From Alphaproteobacteria bacterium (GTDB lineage Bacteria > Pseudomonadota > Alphaproteobacteria > MPNO01), in the NCBI GenBank assembly GCA_964291675.2, contig OZ219865.1, positions 32,001 through 96,000 on the forward strand: DNA of 64,000 nt, read 5' to 3'. Positions within the stretch are counted from its first letter, which is position 1, and each line of letters starts with the position of its first letter. Below, piece after piece: positions 1 to 9,821 of this stretch. The position numbers and the translations under genes were made by a program. The notes beneath the pieces were generated by a model. It was not told the origin of the DNA, made no database searches, and saw only the letters and a program-made list of their open reading frames with translations.

Positions 1-1
1 C

Positions 2-412
2 GACGTGTTCAACCTCAACCTGTTCGCGCCGCTGCTGCTGGCCCGCGGCTTCGCCGGCGCGCTGAGCCGCGGCAAGGGCACCATCGTCAACATCACCTCG
101 ATCGCCGGGCATACGCGGCATCCCTTCGCGGGCTCGGCCTACGCGACCTCGAAGGCGGCGCTGTCGGCGCTGACCCGCGAGCTCGCCGTCGAGTTCGCCG
201 AGCTCGGCGTGCGCGTCAACGCGGTCGCGCCCGGCGAGATCGAGACCGAGATGGTCGGGCCGGAATACGAGGCGCTGATCCCGCGCATCCCGCTCAACCG
301 CATGGGCAGCGCCGACGAGGTGGCGGCGATCGTCCACCGCATGTGCGACGAGGAGTTCGGCTACGTCACCGGGACCGAGGTCTTCGTCACCGGCGGCCAG
401 CATCTGGTGTGA
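2..412 (+). CDS. Short-chain dehydrogenase/reductase (SDR), 5'-truncated by the window edge
   Basis: IVNITSIAG, catalytic YATSK (YxxxK), VRVNAVAPG and VTGTEVFVTGG motifs. Confidence 0.9.
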   Translation, partial: DVFNLNLFAPLLLARGFAGALSRGKGTIVNITSIAGHTRHPFAGSAYATSKAALSALTRELAVEFAELGVRVNAVAPGEIETEMVGPEYEALIPRIPLNRMGSADEVAAIVHRMCDEEFGYVTGTEVFVTGGQHLV

Positions 413-464
413 CGCGTCCTTGCCCCGGCCATGACGTGGCGGAGACAGGGGCGAGACACCCGGC

Positions 465-977
465 TCAGAACGGGATCGAGATGGCCTCGTGCACGGCGTC
501 GCAGTTGAGCAGCGTCGCCTTCTTGGACGCGATCAGGAAGCTCGCGGCCGCGCGGACCAGCCGGTAGTCGTAGCGCCCGCCGAAGCTGCGCTGGCCGTGC
601 CCGGGGCGGTAGTCGAGCATGACGAAGCGGGCGCTGACCGCGTAGCTCCGGGCGTCCGGGTCCGGCGGCTCGACCAGGACATTGCCGATCGCGTGGCTGG
701 TGCGGCTCGGCGGGATCTGGGCGTGCACCCGGGGGTGGCGCAGCCGGGCGAGGCGGGTCGCCATCAGCTCGCGGTCGTCGAAGAACAGCGAGACATGCTC
801 CCACGGGTCGTCCTGGTCGATCTTCGCCGGCGCCCAGTAGGTGCCGTCCTCGGCGAACAGCGCGATCCAGTCCTCGAACCGGCGGTCGTCCAGGAGCGAG
901 AGCTCGCGGATCAGGAAGCGCTCGACCTCCCGCGTCACCAGGAGCTCGGCGAGCGCCGTATCGGCGGAGCCCCCCAT
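465..977 (-). CDS. Aromatic ring-hydroxylating dioxygenase beta subunit
   Basis: C-terminal 170 aa of ORF 465..2096 (FLIRELSLLDDRRFEDWIALF...YWAP...RLARL...PPSRTSH); ATG at 977 overlaps the alpha-subunit stop (TGATG). Confidence 0.88.
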   Translation of the reverse strand: MGGSADTALAELLVTREVERFLIRELSLLDDRRFEDWIALFAEDGTYWAPAKIDQDDPWEHVSLFFDDRELMATRLARLRHPRVHAQIPPSRTSHAIGNVLVEPPDPDARSYAVSARFVMLDYRPGHGQRSFGGRYDYRLVRAAASFLIASKKATLLNCDAVHEAISIPF

Positions 978-2266
978 CAGCCGCGCGACATCAGCGACAG
1001 CCAGGTCGCGTAGTGGTTGCGCATGGCCACCTCGCTGGTGCCGATCGAGCTCACCCGCCCGGTATTGTGGTCGAGCGTCTCCGGCCCCTCGCGGGCCAGC
1101 AGGATCCATTCGTTGCCGGTCGTGGCCAGCCCCTCCTGCGCCCGGGCGAAGGCCTCGACGTCGTCGGTCTGCACCATCGAGGACGCCGAATGGGTGCCGT
1201 TGAGGATGCGGACCTGCTCGCGGAACATCTGCTCCGGCGCGCCCTTGAGCCTGATCGGGTAGACGAAGATCTCGGTCAGGTCCGCCGCCACCGGGCGGAT
1301 CACCCGGATATGCGGGTTGAGCTCCTGCATCGCCATGTTGGGGTAGAAGATGACGTTGTGCCGCGTCTTGGTCAGGATCTCCCTGGTCCGCTCCCTGCCG
1401 TGCCGCGCCTCCAGCCGGGCAACGTAGTCGAGGTGGATGTCGGAGCTGTTCTCGATCTGCGGCAGCCCGCCCTGCCAGGAATGCCCGTTGGGCAGGGCCG
1501 AGACCCCGAGCGGGTCCATCGACTTGACGCGGCCCCGCTTCTCGAAGAACTCGATGCCGCCCTTGTCCCCCTTGCGCCGGACGAATTGCCGCCCCGACGG
1601 GCGCGACGAGGATTCGTGGCTGTAGGCCGGGTGGTACATGTCGGACAAATTGTCGATCTGGAACTTCCAGTTGCCGCGATACATGTAGCGGTGGACCCCG
1701 CCGCTGATCTCGACCTCGCCGTCGGGCGCGCTCGCCGCGAGGTCTTCGAGGCAGAACACGTTGGCGCCGAGCCAGTCGCGCAGCCCCGGCCCGTCCGGCG
1801 ACAGGTTGGCGAACACGAAGCCGCGGATCCGGTCGACCCGGGCGACGCGCCCCATGCCGTCGCGCACCCGGTCGGGCTCGCGCCCCTCGGGATAGCCCTC
1901 GGGCTGGGTGACGAAGTCGAGGTCGCCGTTCGTGTCGTAGGTCCATCCGTGATACATGCAGACGAAGCGCCTCGCGTTGCCCGCTTCCTCGGCCACCACC
2001 TTCACGCCGCGATGGCCGCAGCGGTTGTAGAGCACGCAGACCTCGCCGTCGGAATGGCGGGTCATGACCACCGGCTGAGCGCCGATCCGCGTGCACAGGA
2101 AGTCGCCGGGCTCCGGCACCTGCGAGGCATGGCCGACATAGACCCAGCTCCGCGCGAAGATGCGCTCCATCTCGAGGTCGAAGATCGCCGGGTCCTGGAA
2201 CACGTCGCGATGCACCCTGGTGTCGGTCACCAGCCGCGACAGATCGCCGCCGCCGTTCTCCAGCAT
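977..2266 (-). CDS. Rieske ring-hydroxylating oxygenase alpha subunit
   Basis: Rieske motif CGHRG...CMYHGW; mononuclear Fe motif NWK...DMYHPAYSH, DD; ATG at 2266 preceded by GGGAGG. Confidence 0.92.
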   Translation of the reverse strand: MLENGGGDLSRLVTDTRVHRDVFQDPAIFDLEMERIFARSWVYVGHASQVPEPGDFLCTRIGAQPVVMTRHSDGEVCVLYNRCGHRGVKVVAEEAGNARRFVCMYHGWTYDTNGDLDFVTQPEGYPEGREPDRVRDGMGRVARVDRIRGFVFANLSPDGPGLRDWLGANVFCLEDLAASAPDGEVEISGGVHRYMYRGNWKFQIDNLSDMYHPAYSHESSSRPSGRQFVRRKGDKGGIEFFEKRGRVKSMDPLGVSALPNGHSWQGGLPQIENSSDIHLDYVARLEARHGRERTREILTKTRHNVIFYPNMAMQELNPHIRVIRPVAADLTEIFVYPIRLKGAPEQMFREQVRILNGTHSASSMVQTDDVEAFARAQEGLATTGNEWILLAREGPETLDHNTGRVSSIGTSEVAMRNHYATWLSLMSRG

Positions 2267-2323
2267 GTCGCCCTCCCGATACAGGCCCGAAACGATCTTG
2301 CGGCTTCGCCCGGGGCGGTTCAA

Positions 2324-2555
2324 CCGTCCTTCGATACGCGCCCTTCGGGGGCTACTCAGGATGAGGAGTGGTGAGTGGGATGCGCAAAGGAGCCCTCATC
2401 CCGAGTAGGCGCGAAGCGCCGTATCGAGGGACCGCGCCCTGGGCCGTCCTTCGATACGCCCGCCTGCGGCGGGCTACTCAGGATGAGGGTTTGGTTTGGA
2501 AGGCCGACACCCACCCCTCATCCTGAGTAGCGGCGAAGCCGCGTATCGAAGGACG
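2324..2555. repeat. Cluster of four REP-like palindromic units in alternating orientation (BIME/REPIN-like)
   Basis: Units at about 2324-2366(+), 2394-2432(-), 2444-2488(+), 2516-2555(-) with consensus CGTCCTTCGATAC-[hairpin]-CTACTCAGGATGAGG and a variable internal GC hairpin. Confidence 0.88.
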
Positions 2556-2583
2556 CAACGGATCGAGGCGAGACGTACACGCC

Positions 2584-3108
2584 CTACAGCGTGCCGCGGA
2601 GCGATTCCAGCCAGTCCCGGCGCGACCGGGCGAGGTCGATGTCGTGGCGCAGCCAGCCGGCGAAATGGCCGGGGTCGTCGCGGTCCCCGAGCTCGAGGTC
2701 GCCGAGACGCGCGATTTCCGCGTCGCAGGTCTCGATCATCCGGTCGGTCTGCGCGCGCTGCTCGTCCGCCGGGAGGTGGTGCAGGAAGCGGATCTTCAGC
2801 GCGAAGGCGAGCCTGCCGACATCGCAGTTGGGCGCGCGGACGGCGCTGCGCAGCAATTCATGCAGATGGGCGCGCCCGGCCTCGGTGATGCGCAGCGCCT
2901 CGCCGTCGCCCTCGCCCTCGACCAGCCCCTCGGTCTTCAACAATTCGATCGAGCTTCCCAGCAGGTCGAGCGAGGGGCCGACGATGCGGCTGGTGAAATC
3001 GCGGACCGCATTGGCGAGCGCGGCATAGCGCCTCGGGCTCTCGCACACCATGCCGAGGGCGGCGAGCCGCACGGCTTCCTTGGGAAGCAGCGAGTGGTCG
3101 TTGAACAT
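2584..3108 (-). CDS. Conserved hypothetical protein, PadR-like winged helix
   Basis: 174 aa; LLKTEGLVEG...LRITEAGRAHL resembles a PadR wing and is followed by helical C-terminal segment; directly downstream of hemA. Confidence 0.6.
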   Translation of the reverse strand: MFNDHSLLPKEAVRLAALGMVCESPRRYAALANAVRDFTSRIVGPSLDLLGSSIELLKTEGLVEGEGDGEALRITEAGRAHLHELLRSAVRAPNCDVGRLAFALKIRFLHHLPADEQRAQTDRMIETCDAEIARLGDLELGDRDDPGHFAGWLRHDIDLARSRRDWLESLRGTL

Positions 3109-3135
3109 CCGGCGGGCCCGGTGCGGTTGCCTCCC

Positions 3136-4347
3136 TCAGGCGGCGAATTTGAGGTCGAGGCGGCCCCACACGTCCTGCAGCGCCGCGACGAGCCGGTCCA
3201 TCGCCTCGTCGTCGTGCAGCGGCGTCGGGGTGAGCCTCAGCCGTTCCGTCCCCTTCGGCACGGTCGGGTAGTTGATCGGCTGGACGTAGATCGCGTGGCG
3301 CTCCATCAGCGCATCCGTCACCTGCTTGCAGCGCACCGCATCGCCGACGAAGACGGGCACGATATGGGACGGCGAGGGCATCGCCGGCAGCCGGGCCTGG
3401 CGCAGCTTCGCCTTGAGCGTGCGGGCGCGCTCCTGGTGGCGCTCGCGCAGCTCGCCGGCCGCGCTCACATGGCGGATGCTGGCCCGTGCGCCGGCGGCGA
3501 TGGCGGGCGGCAGCGAGGTGGTGAAGATGAACCCGGCGGCGTGGCTCCTGATGTAGTCGACCATCGCGGCGGAGCCCGCGATATAGCCGCCGACGACGCC
3601 GAACGCCTTGGCGAGCGTCCCCTGGACGATGTCGATCCGGTGCATCGCGCCGTCGCGCTCGGCGACGCCCGCGCCGCGCTCGCCGTAGAGCCCGACCGCA
3701 TGGACCTCGTCGAGATAGGTCATCGCGCCGTGCGCCTCGGCGACGTCGCAGATTTCCGCGATCGGGGCGAAATCGCCGTCCATCGAGTAGAGCGATTCGA
3801 AGGCGACGATCTTGGGCGCGTCCGCGTCGCACTCGGCGAGCAGCCGGTCGAGATGGTCGACGTCGTTGTGGCCAAAAATCTTCTTCTCCGCCCGGCTGTA
3901 GCGGATGCCGGCGATCATCGAGGCGTGGTTGTCGGCGTCGGAGACGATCACGCAGCCCGGCAGGGTCTGGCCGAGCGTCCCGAGCGTCGCCTCGTTGGCG
4001 ACATAGCCCGAGGTGAACAGCAGCGCGGCCTCGGTGCGGTGCAGCCGCGCCAGCTCCTCCTCCAGCAGGACGTGGTAGTGGCTGGTGCCCGAGATGTTGC
4101 GGGTGCCGCCCGCGCCGGCGCCCACCCGGTCGAGCGCCTCGTGCATCGCCGCCACCACCTGGGGGTGCTGCCCCATGCCGAGATAGTCGTTGCTGCACCA
4201 GACGGTCACCTCCTCGACCGCGCCGGCGGCGTGGCGCGCGGCCCTGGGGAAGGCGCCGGCATGGCGTTCGAGATCGGCGAATACCCGGTAGCGCCCGTCG
4301 CTTCTGAGACGCGCCAGCCGGTCGCAAAAGAATTTTTCGTAATCCAT
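3136..4347 (-). CDS. hemA: 5-aminolevulinate synthase
   Basis: MDYEKFF start, [51 protein letters not shown] (PLP lysine), ERLRLTP. Confidence 0.96.
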   Translation of the reverse strand: MDYEKFFCDRLARLRSDGRYRVFADLERHAGAFPRAARHAAGAVEEVTVWCSNDYLGMGQHPQVVAAMHEALDRVGAGAGGTRNISGTSHYHVLLEEELARLHRTEAALLFTSGYVANEATLGTLGQTLPGCVIVSDADNHASMIAGIRYSRAEKKIFGHNDVDHLDRLLAECDADAPKIVAFESLYSMDGDFAPIAEICDVAEAHGAMTYLDEVHAVGLYGERGAGVAERDGAMHRIDIVQGTLAKAFGVVGGYIAGSAAMVDYIRSHAAGFIFTTSLPPAIAAGARASIRHVSAAGELRERHQERARTLKAKLRQARLPAMPSPSHIVPVFVGDAVRCKQVTDALMERHAIYVQPINYPTVPKGTERLRLTPTPLHDDEAMDRLVAALQDVWGRLDLKFAA

Positions 4348-4378
4348 CGCCCCAGACTCTCTGCCGGGGTCCCGCCGG

Positions 4379-5767
4379 TCAGGCGAGACCCTGCTCGGCC
4401 ACAAAGCGCGCGGTGTCGTCGAGCGCCCGGCCGAACCGGGCGAGCATCTCGTCGATCTCCGCCTCGCCGATGATCAGGGGCGGCGAGAACGCGACCCGGT
4501 CGCCCAGCCCGCGGACGATCAGCCCGTGCTCCTCGGCGCGTCCGGCGAGATAGGCGCCGAGCTTCGCTGCCGGGTCGAAGGGCCGCGCGGTCACCTTGTC
4601 GGCGACCAGCTCGACGACCCCGACCAGGCCGATCCCGGCGATCTCCCCGGTCAGCGGATGATCGGCGAAGGCGGCGAGGCCGTCCTGGAGATGCGGCGCG
4701 GCGCTCGCGACCCGTCCGACGAGATCGATTTCGTCGTAGATCGCCAGCGTCTCCAGCGCCACCGCGGCCGGTACCGGATGGCCGGAATAGGTGAAGCCGT
4801 GGCCGAGCGTCCCGAGCGCGTGGCTCCCCTCGGCGATGCCGCGATAGACCTTCTCGTTGACCTGCACCGCGGCGATCGGCAGATAGCCCGACGACAGCGC
4901 CTTCGCCATGGTCATCAGATCGGGCTCCAGCCCGTAGGTCTCGGAGCCCCACATCCGCCCGGTCCGGCCGAAGCCGCAGATCACCTCGTCGACCACGAAC
5001 AACACGTCGTGGCGCTTCAGCACCTGCTGGATCTTCTCGAAATAGGTCGCCGGCGGCAGGATCACGCCGCCCGCCCCCATGACCGGTTCGGCGAAGAAGG
5101 CAGCGACGGTTTCCGGCCCCTCGGCGAGGATCAGCCGCTCCAGCGACTCCGCGCAGCGCGAGGCGAAGTCCTCCTCGCTCTCGCCATCCTTCCCCTCGCG
5201 CCAGTAATGCGGGCAGTCGGTATGCAGGAAGCCGGGGAAGGGCAGGTCGAACCCGGCATGGTTGCGCGGCACCCCGGTCACGCTCGCCGCCGCGGCGGTG
5301 ATGCCGTGATAGCCGCGCGCCCGCCCGACGATCTTCTTCTTGGCCGGGCGGCCGATGGCGTTGTTGTAGAACCAGATCAGCTTGATGGCGCTGTCGATCG
5401 CCTCCGAGCCGGAGTTGGTGAAGAAGGTCCGCGCCATCGGCACCGGCGCCAGCGCCTTGAGGCGTTCGGCGAGCTCGACCTGGGGCTCGTGGCTGCGCCG
5501 GTCGAAGCCGTGATAGAAGGGCAGGGTGCGCATCTGGCGGCTCGCCGCCTCGGCCAGGCGCTCGTTGCCGAAGCCGAGCGAGACGCACCAGAGCCCGGCC
5601 ATCCCCTCGATATACTCCTTGCCGGTCTCGTCCCAGACATAGACGCCGTCGCCGCGCGCCATGACCAGCGAGCCCTCGCGCTCGTTCTCGACCGCGTCGG
5701 TATAGGGGTGGAGCAGCGCCTGCGGGTCTCGGAACCGGTAAAGGTTCGATCGGGTCGCGGTATCCAT
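4379..5767 (-). CDS. Class III (omega-amino acid) aminotransferase
   Basis: [65 protein letters not shown]. Confidence 0.92.
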   Translation of the reverse strand: MDTATRSNLYRFRDPQALLHPYTDAVENEREGSLVMARGDGVYVWDETGKEYIEGMAGLWCVSLGFGNERLAEAASRQMRTLPFYHGFDRRSHEPQVELAERLKALAPVPMARTFFTNSGSEAIDSAIKLIWFYNNAIGRPAKKKIVGRARGYHGITAAAASVTGVPRNHAGFDLPFPGFLHTDCPHYWREGKDGESEEDFASRCAESLERLILAEGPETVAAFFAEPVMGAGGVILPPATYFEKIQQVLKRHDVLFVVDEVICGFGRTGRMWGSETYGLEPDLMTMAKALSSGYLPIAAVQVNEKVYRGIAEGSHALGTLGHGFTYSGHPVPAAVALETLAIYDEIDLVGRVASAAPHLQDGLAAFADHPLTGEIAGIGLVGVVELVADKVTARPFDPAAKLGAYLAGRAEEHGLIVRGLGDRVAFSPPLIIGEAEIDEMLARFGRALDDTARFVAEQGLA

Positions 5768-5780
5768 CGAAAAAATCCGT

Positions 5781-6839
5781 TCAGCCGCCGGTGACGCTCA
5801 TATGGCGCGGCACCGCGGGATCGCGCCGGCGCCGGTCGATGACGAAGTCGTGGCCCTTGGGCTTGCGGCCGATGGCCTCGTCGATCGCCGCCATCAGGAG
5901 GTCGTCGTCCGGGCCGGCGCGCAGCGGCGCGCGAAGATCGGCGGCATCCTCCTGTCCGAGGCACATATAGAGCGTGCCGGTGCAGGTGAGGCGTACGCGG
6001 TTGCAGGATTCGCAGAAATTGTGGGTCATCGGGGTGATGAAGCCGACCCGCCCGCCGGTCTCGCGGCAATGCGTGTAGCGCGCCGGCCCGCCGGTCGAAT
6101 AGTCGCTCTCGTCGAGGGTGAAGCGGCGCCTGAGCGCGGCGCGCACCATCGAGAGCGGCAGGTACTGGTCGAGCCGCGCGTCGCCGCCGATCTCGCCCAG
6201 CGGCATGACCTCGATGAAGGTGAGGTCGTAGCCGCGGCCGCCGCACCATTCGACCATGTCGGAGAGCTCGTCGTCGTTGACGCCCCTGAGCGCCACCGTG
6301 TTGATCTTGACCCGGAGCCCGGCCGCCTCCGCCGCCGCGAGCCCGTCCATCACCTGCTCCAGCCGGCCCCAGCGGGTGATGTCGGCGAATTTCGCGGCGT
6401 CCAGCGTATCCAGCGAGACGTTGATCCGCCTGACCCCGGCGTCGCGCAGGTCGTTGGCGAAGCGCCCGAGCTGGCTGCCGTTGGTGGTGAGCGTGAGCTC
6501 GTCCAGCGTGCCGTCCCCGAGATGGCGGCCGAGGCGCTGGATCAGCCACATTATGTTGCGGCGCACCAGGGGCTCGCCGCCGGTGAGCCTCAGCTTGCGC
6601 ACGCCGCGGCGCACGAAGGCGCTGCACAGCCGGTCCAGCTCTTCGAGGGTGAGCACCTCCGCCTTGGGCAGGAAGGTCATCGATTCCGCCATGCAGTAGA
6701 CGCAGCGGAAGTCGCAGCGGTCGGTCACCGAGACCCGGAGATAGGAGACCCGCCGGTCGAACGGGTCGATCAGCAGCGGCGATTCCGCGCCATTCCCGTC
6801 CCGGCTCGCCGATCCGTTATCTGAAACCCGATCGCCCAT
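5781..6839 (-). CDS. moaA: GTP 3',8-cyclase (molybdenum cofactor biosynthesis), start uncertain
   Basis: [18 protein letters not shown] radical-SAM motif, [18 protein letters not shown]...C second cluster, C-terminal MSVTGG. Confidence 0.95.
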   Translation of the reverse strand: MGDRVSDNGSASRDGNGAESPLLIDPFDRRVSYLRVSVTDRCDFRCVYCMAESMTFLPKAEVLTLEELDRLCSAFVRRGVRKLRLTGGEPLVRRNIMWLIQRLGRHLGDGTLDELTLTTNGSQLGRFANDLRDAGVRRINVSLDTLDAAKFADITRWGRLEQVMDGLAAAEAAGLRVKINTVALRGVNDDELSDMVEWCGGRGYDLTFIEVMPLGEIGGDARLDQYLPLSMVRAALRRRFTLDESDYSTGGPARYTHCRETGGRVGFITPMTHNFCESCNRVRLTCTGTLYMCLGQEDAADLRAPLRAGPDDDLLMAAIDEAIGRKPKGHDFVIDRRRRDPAVPRHMSVTGG

Positions 6840-6980
6840 CTTCCTGCCGGCGGCATGCGGAGCATCCGCGACGGCCATCGACCGTCGCCTTCGGGAGCGA
6901 AATTAGGTCAAACGCCGCCGCTTGTCATTATCCCGTGTCGAAATCGCCCTCGTTTCCGCTCCGGCGGTACCGCAGGACGG

Positions 6981-7940
6981 TCAATCGATATCGGCGGAGA
7001 ACGGGTGAACCGGCACGTCCCTGGGACGAAACAGGTACCGGGCGAAGATGTCGGCATAGCCGCGATAGGCAAACCCGTTCGCCGGTTCGGATCGCCTGCC
7101 GCACTCTTGCCGGTGGGTCTCCCGCAGGCGGAACCAGGGCAGGTCCGGCCGGCGGTGATGCAGCGCGTGAAAGTTGTTGCCGAGATAGAGCAGGCGCCAG
7201 AACAGCGAGGCCTCGACCGTTGCCGAGCGCGCGTCCCGCCCCGCCGCCGGCCGATGCTCGTTGAACGAGCGGTGCAGGGTGAGGGAGAGGCCGATCAGGG
7301 CGGCGAGGAGATAGACCCATAACGGCATGCCGCAGACCGCCGTAACCCACCACAGGAGCGCCGCCACGAGCGCGAGGTGAGGCCACCATTCGCGCACCGT
7401 GCGGCGTCCGTCCGGCCCCGTCAACGCGCGGAATTCCGTCCACCAGTACCGCGCGACCACGATCGCCGGCCCAACGGACAGACGGCCCGGAAGCGTGTTG
7501 TTGAAGATCATGAGACGACGCACGACGCGCGGCATGCGCCGCCACTGCCCGGCCGTGACGTAGAAGGATTCCGGGTCGGTTCCCGGGTCCGTCAGCCGGG
7601 TCACGCGGTGATGCAGCAGATGCACCCGCCGATAGGCGTGGAACGGCATCCACAAGCCGAGCGGCAGCATGCCGAGGGCGTCGTTGAGCGCACGGTATCG
7701 GGTCGGATGGCCGTGGATCGCCTCGTGCTGAAGCGAATTGTGCCAGGCGACGATGCACCCGAGCGCCGGCGCGGCGATCCACCACGGCAGCAGCGCGGCG
7801 TGCAGGGTGAGCAGCAGCCAGCCGCCGTAGATCGCCGCCGCGACCAGCCAGGTCGGAAGCTCGCCGCGGCGCAGGGATGCGCGCAACGGCCCCGCTTCAT
7901 CGATCGTGCGCGCGGCAACCGTTGAGCCGGGTCCAGACAT
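6981..7940 (-). CDS. Fatty acid desaturase-like membrane diiron protein
   Basis: His boxes QHEAIHGH, HLLHH, EH, NNFHALHH; hydrophobic segments. Confidence 0.85.
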   Translation of the reverse strand: MSGPGSTVAARTIDEAGPLRASLRRGELPTWLVAAAIYGGWLLLTLHAALLPWWIAAPALGCIVAWHNSLQHEAIHGHPTRYRALNDALGMLPLGLWMPFHAYRRVHLLHHRVTRLTDPGTDPESFYVTAGQWRRMPRVVRRLMIFNNTLPGRLSVGPAIVVARYWWTEFRALTGPDGRRTVREWWPHLALVAALLWWVTAVCGMPLWVYLLAALIGLSLTLHRSFNEHRPAAGRDARSATVEASLFWRLLYLGNNFHALHHRRPDLPWFRLRETHRQECGRRSEPANGFAYRGYADIFARYLFRPRDVPVHPFSADID

Positions 7941-7980
7941 TCAGGTTCCTCTGGCGCTCCGCCACGTCGCGGACAGAGCT

Positions 7981-7995
7981 GTGAAAATCCTTCAC
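7981..7995. promoter_or_regulatory. Inverted repeat GTGAA-N5-TTCAC, candidate operator in the divergent AT-rich promoter region
   Basis: Perfect 5-5-5 palindrome between the desaturase and the XRE regulator. Confidence 0.35.
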
Positions 7996-8106
7996 GAAAT
8001 ATGTGCCGCATCCCAAATTGTGATTCAATATGCATCTTGTCACTTTCAAAATAAAATGTTGATATAAGTAACGCCTGTTGATAGGCTGTTGGAAAGGAGG
8101 CGCGCG

Positions 8107-8991
8107 ATGGGACTGACGGTCAACCTGGATCGGCGCGATTTCGCGCGCGCGTTCCGCGACCGGCTGGCGGAGGCGCTGGACCGCGCCGGGATGAACCGTA
8201 CGGAGCTCGCGCGCGCGGTCGGGATCGACCGTTCGACGCTGTCGCTGCTGATGTCGGAGGAGACCGACCGGCTGCCGAGGGCGGACACCGCCGCGGCGAT
8301 CGCCAATGCGCTCCAGGTCAGCCTGGACTGGCTGCTCGGGCTCAGCAACGAAGCCGATCTGGGCGCCGACATTCACCCGGAGACGATGGAATTCGCGCCG
8401 AGCTCGCCCACCCCCCTCGACGAGAGGATCAACCGCTGGATCGAGGAAGCGGTGGGCTACAAGATCCGCTACGTCCCCACCACCATTCCCGATCTCGCCA
8501 AGACCGACGCGGTGTTGCAGCACGAATACCGCGATTTCGCGGTCAAGTCGGCGGACCAGGCCATCGCGCTGAGCCAGCAGAAGCTCGCCTATGCCCGCCT
8601 GCCCGAAACCGACATGGAGATCTGCACGCCGGTGCAGGCGATCACCGGCTTCGCCCATGGCGAGGGGGTGTGGGACGGCCTGGCGCTCGACGACCGGCTG
8701 GACCAGCTGGATCGCCTGATCGTGCTGGTCGAAGAGCTCTACCCCACCCTCAGGCTCTACCTGTTCGACGGGCTCACCCATTACGCGGCGCCGTACACCA
8801 TCTTCGGGCCCCAGCGGGTCGCGCTCTACGCCGGCCAGGTGTACCTGGTGTTCAACACCCGCGAGCACATCCGCGTGCTCACCCGGCATTTCGACGATCT
8901 GGTCCGCGCCGCCGTGGTCAACTCCGCCGAGGCCGGGGGGTATCTGCGCCGGCTGCGCGGCGTGCTGACCGGCGGCGCCGGCCCGGCGTAG
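8107..8991 (+). CDS. XRE-family HTH transcriptional regulator with C-terminal domain
   Basis: MNRTELARAVGIDRSTLSLL...PRADTAAAIANALQVSLDWLLG HTH_3 pattern; AGGAGG RBS. Confidence 0.85.
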   Translation: MGLTVNLDRRDFARAFRDRLAEALDRAGMNRTELARAVGIDRSTLSLLMSEETDRLPRADTAAAIANALQVSLDWLLGLSNEADLGADIHPETMEFAPSSPTPLDERINRWIEEAVGYKIRYVPTTIPDLAKTDAVLQHEYRDFAVKSADQAIALSQQKLAYARLPETDMEICTPVQAITGFAHGEGVWDGLALDDRLDQLDRLIVLVEELYPTLRLYLFDGLTHYAAPYTIFGPQRVALYAGQVYLVFNTREHIRVLTRHFDDLVRAAVVNSAEAGGYLRRLRGVLTGGAGPA

Positions 8992-9014
8992 CGGCGACCG
9001 AGGAGGGCGCGCCG

Positions 9015-9821
9015 ATGCGGTTGGCGAGCTTGCCGATGTACGACCTGCCCGGGAATCGGCGCGCCACGCGGGCCTGGTGGGCGGGGCTCGCCCGCGGGTT
9101 TGCCGCCGCCGGCCTCGACGACGTTCCGCAAGTCCTGACCGAGCCGGCCGATCGGAGCGGCCACTGGCTGGATCGGCGGTTGTTGTTCAGCCAGGCCTGC
9201 GGCCGGAACTATGTGCGCGAGCTGGCCGGGCATGTGCGGCTCGTCGCCACGCCGTGCTACGCCGCCCCGGGCTGCGACGGCCCGCTCTATCGCAGCCTGC
9301 TGCTCGCCGGCGCGGACTCGGAGCTCGATCCCGCGGACGATTTGAGCGGCGCGCGAGTGGCGATCAACGGCTTCGATTCGCATTCGGGCTGGGTCGCGCT
9401 GTGCGCCGCGGTGAGCGCGGCGGGTGACGCTCCCGATTTCGCCGACATCCGCGTGACCGGAAGCCATGCGGCAAGCATGGCAGCGGTCAGGCGCGGCGCG
9501 GCGGATCTCTGCGCCGTCGATTGCGTGACCTTCGCCCTGCTCGAACGGCACGCCCCGGACCGGGTGGCGGGGCTCAAACCCATGGGCCGGACCCCGGCGG
9601 CGCCCGGCCTGCCCTATATCACCGGCGCCGGCACCGGGCCCGCGGAGATCTCGCGCCTGCGCGACGGGTTGAGCCGCGCCCTGGAGGCGCCCGATCTGGC
9701 GAGCGTGCGCGACAGCCTGTTCATCGAGCGCTGCGAGGTGCTTGCCGATTCCGACTATGACCGCGTCCGCGACATGGCGCGGGAGACCGACCGCACGGGC
9801 GGGCAGGGCGCCGGATCGTGA
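9015..9821 (+). CDS. PhnD/SsuA/transferrin-family substrate-binding-like protein
   Basis: ASLPMYD, LFSQACG, ATPCYAAPGC, AINGFDSHSG, TGSHAAS, ADLCAVDCVT; AGGAGG RBS; no obvious signal peptide. Confidence 0.8.
   Translation: MRLASLPMYDLPGNRRATRAWWAGLARGFAAAGLDDVPQVLTEPADRSGHWLDRRLLFSQACGRNYVRELAGHVRLVATPCYAAPGCDGPLYRSLLLAGADSELDPADDLSGARVAINGFDSHSGWVALCAAVSAAGDAPDFADIRVTGSHAASMAAVRRGAADLCAVDCVTFALLERHAPDRVAGLKPMGRTPAAPGLPYITGAGTGPAEISRLRDGLSRALEAPDLASVRDSLFIERCEVLADSDYDRVRDMARETDRTGGQGAGS

Noticed and set aside
2324-2555. Repeat cluster as a CRISPR array
   Set aside because: Units alternate in orientation, vary internally and have irregular spacing; no cas genes are present.
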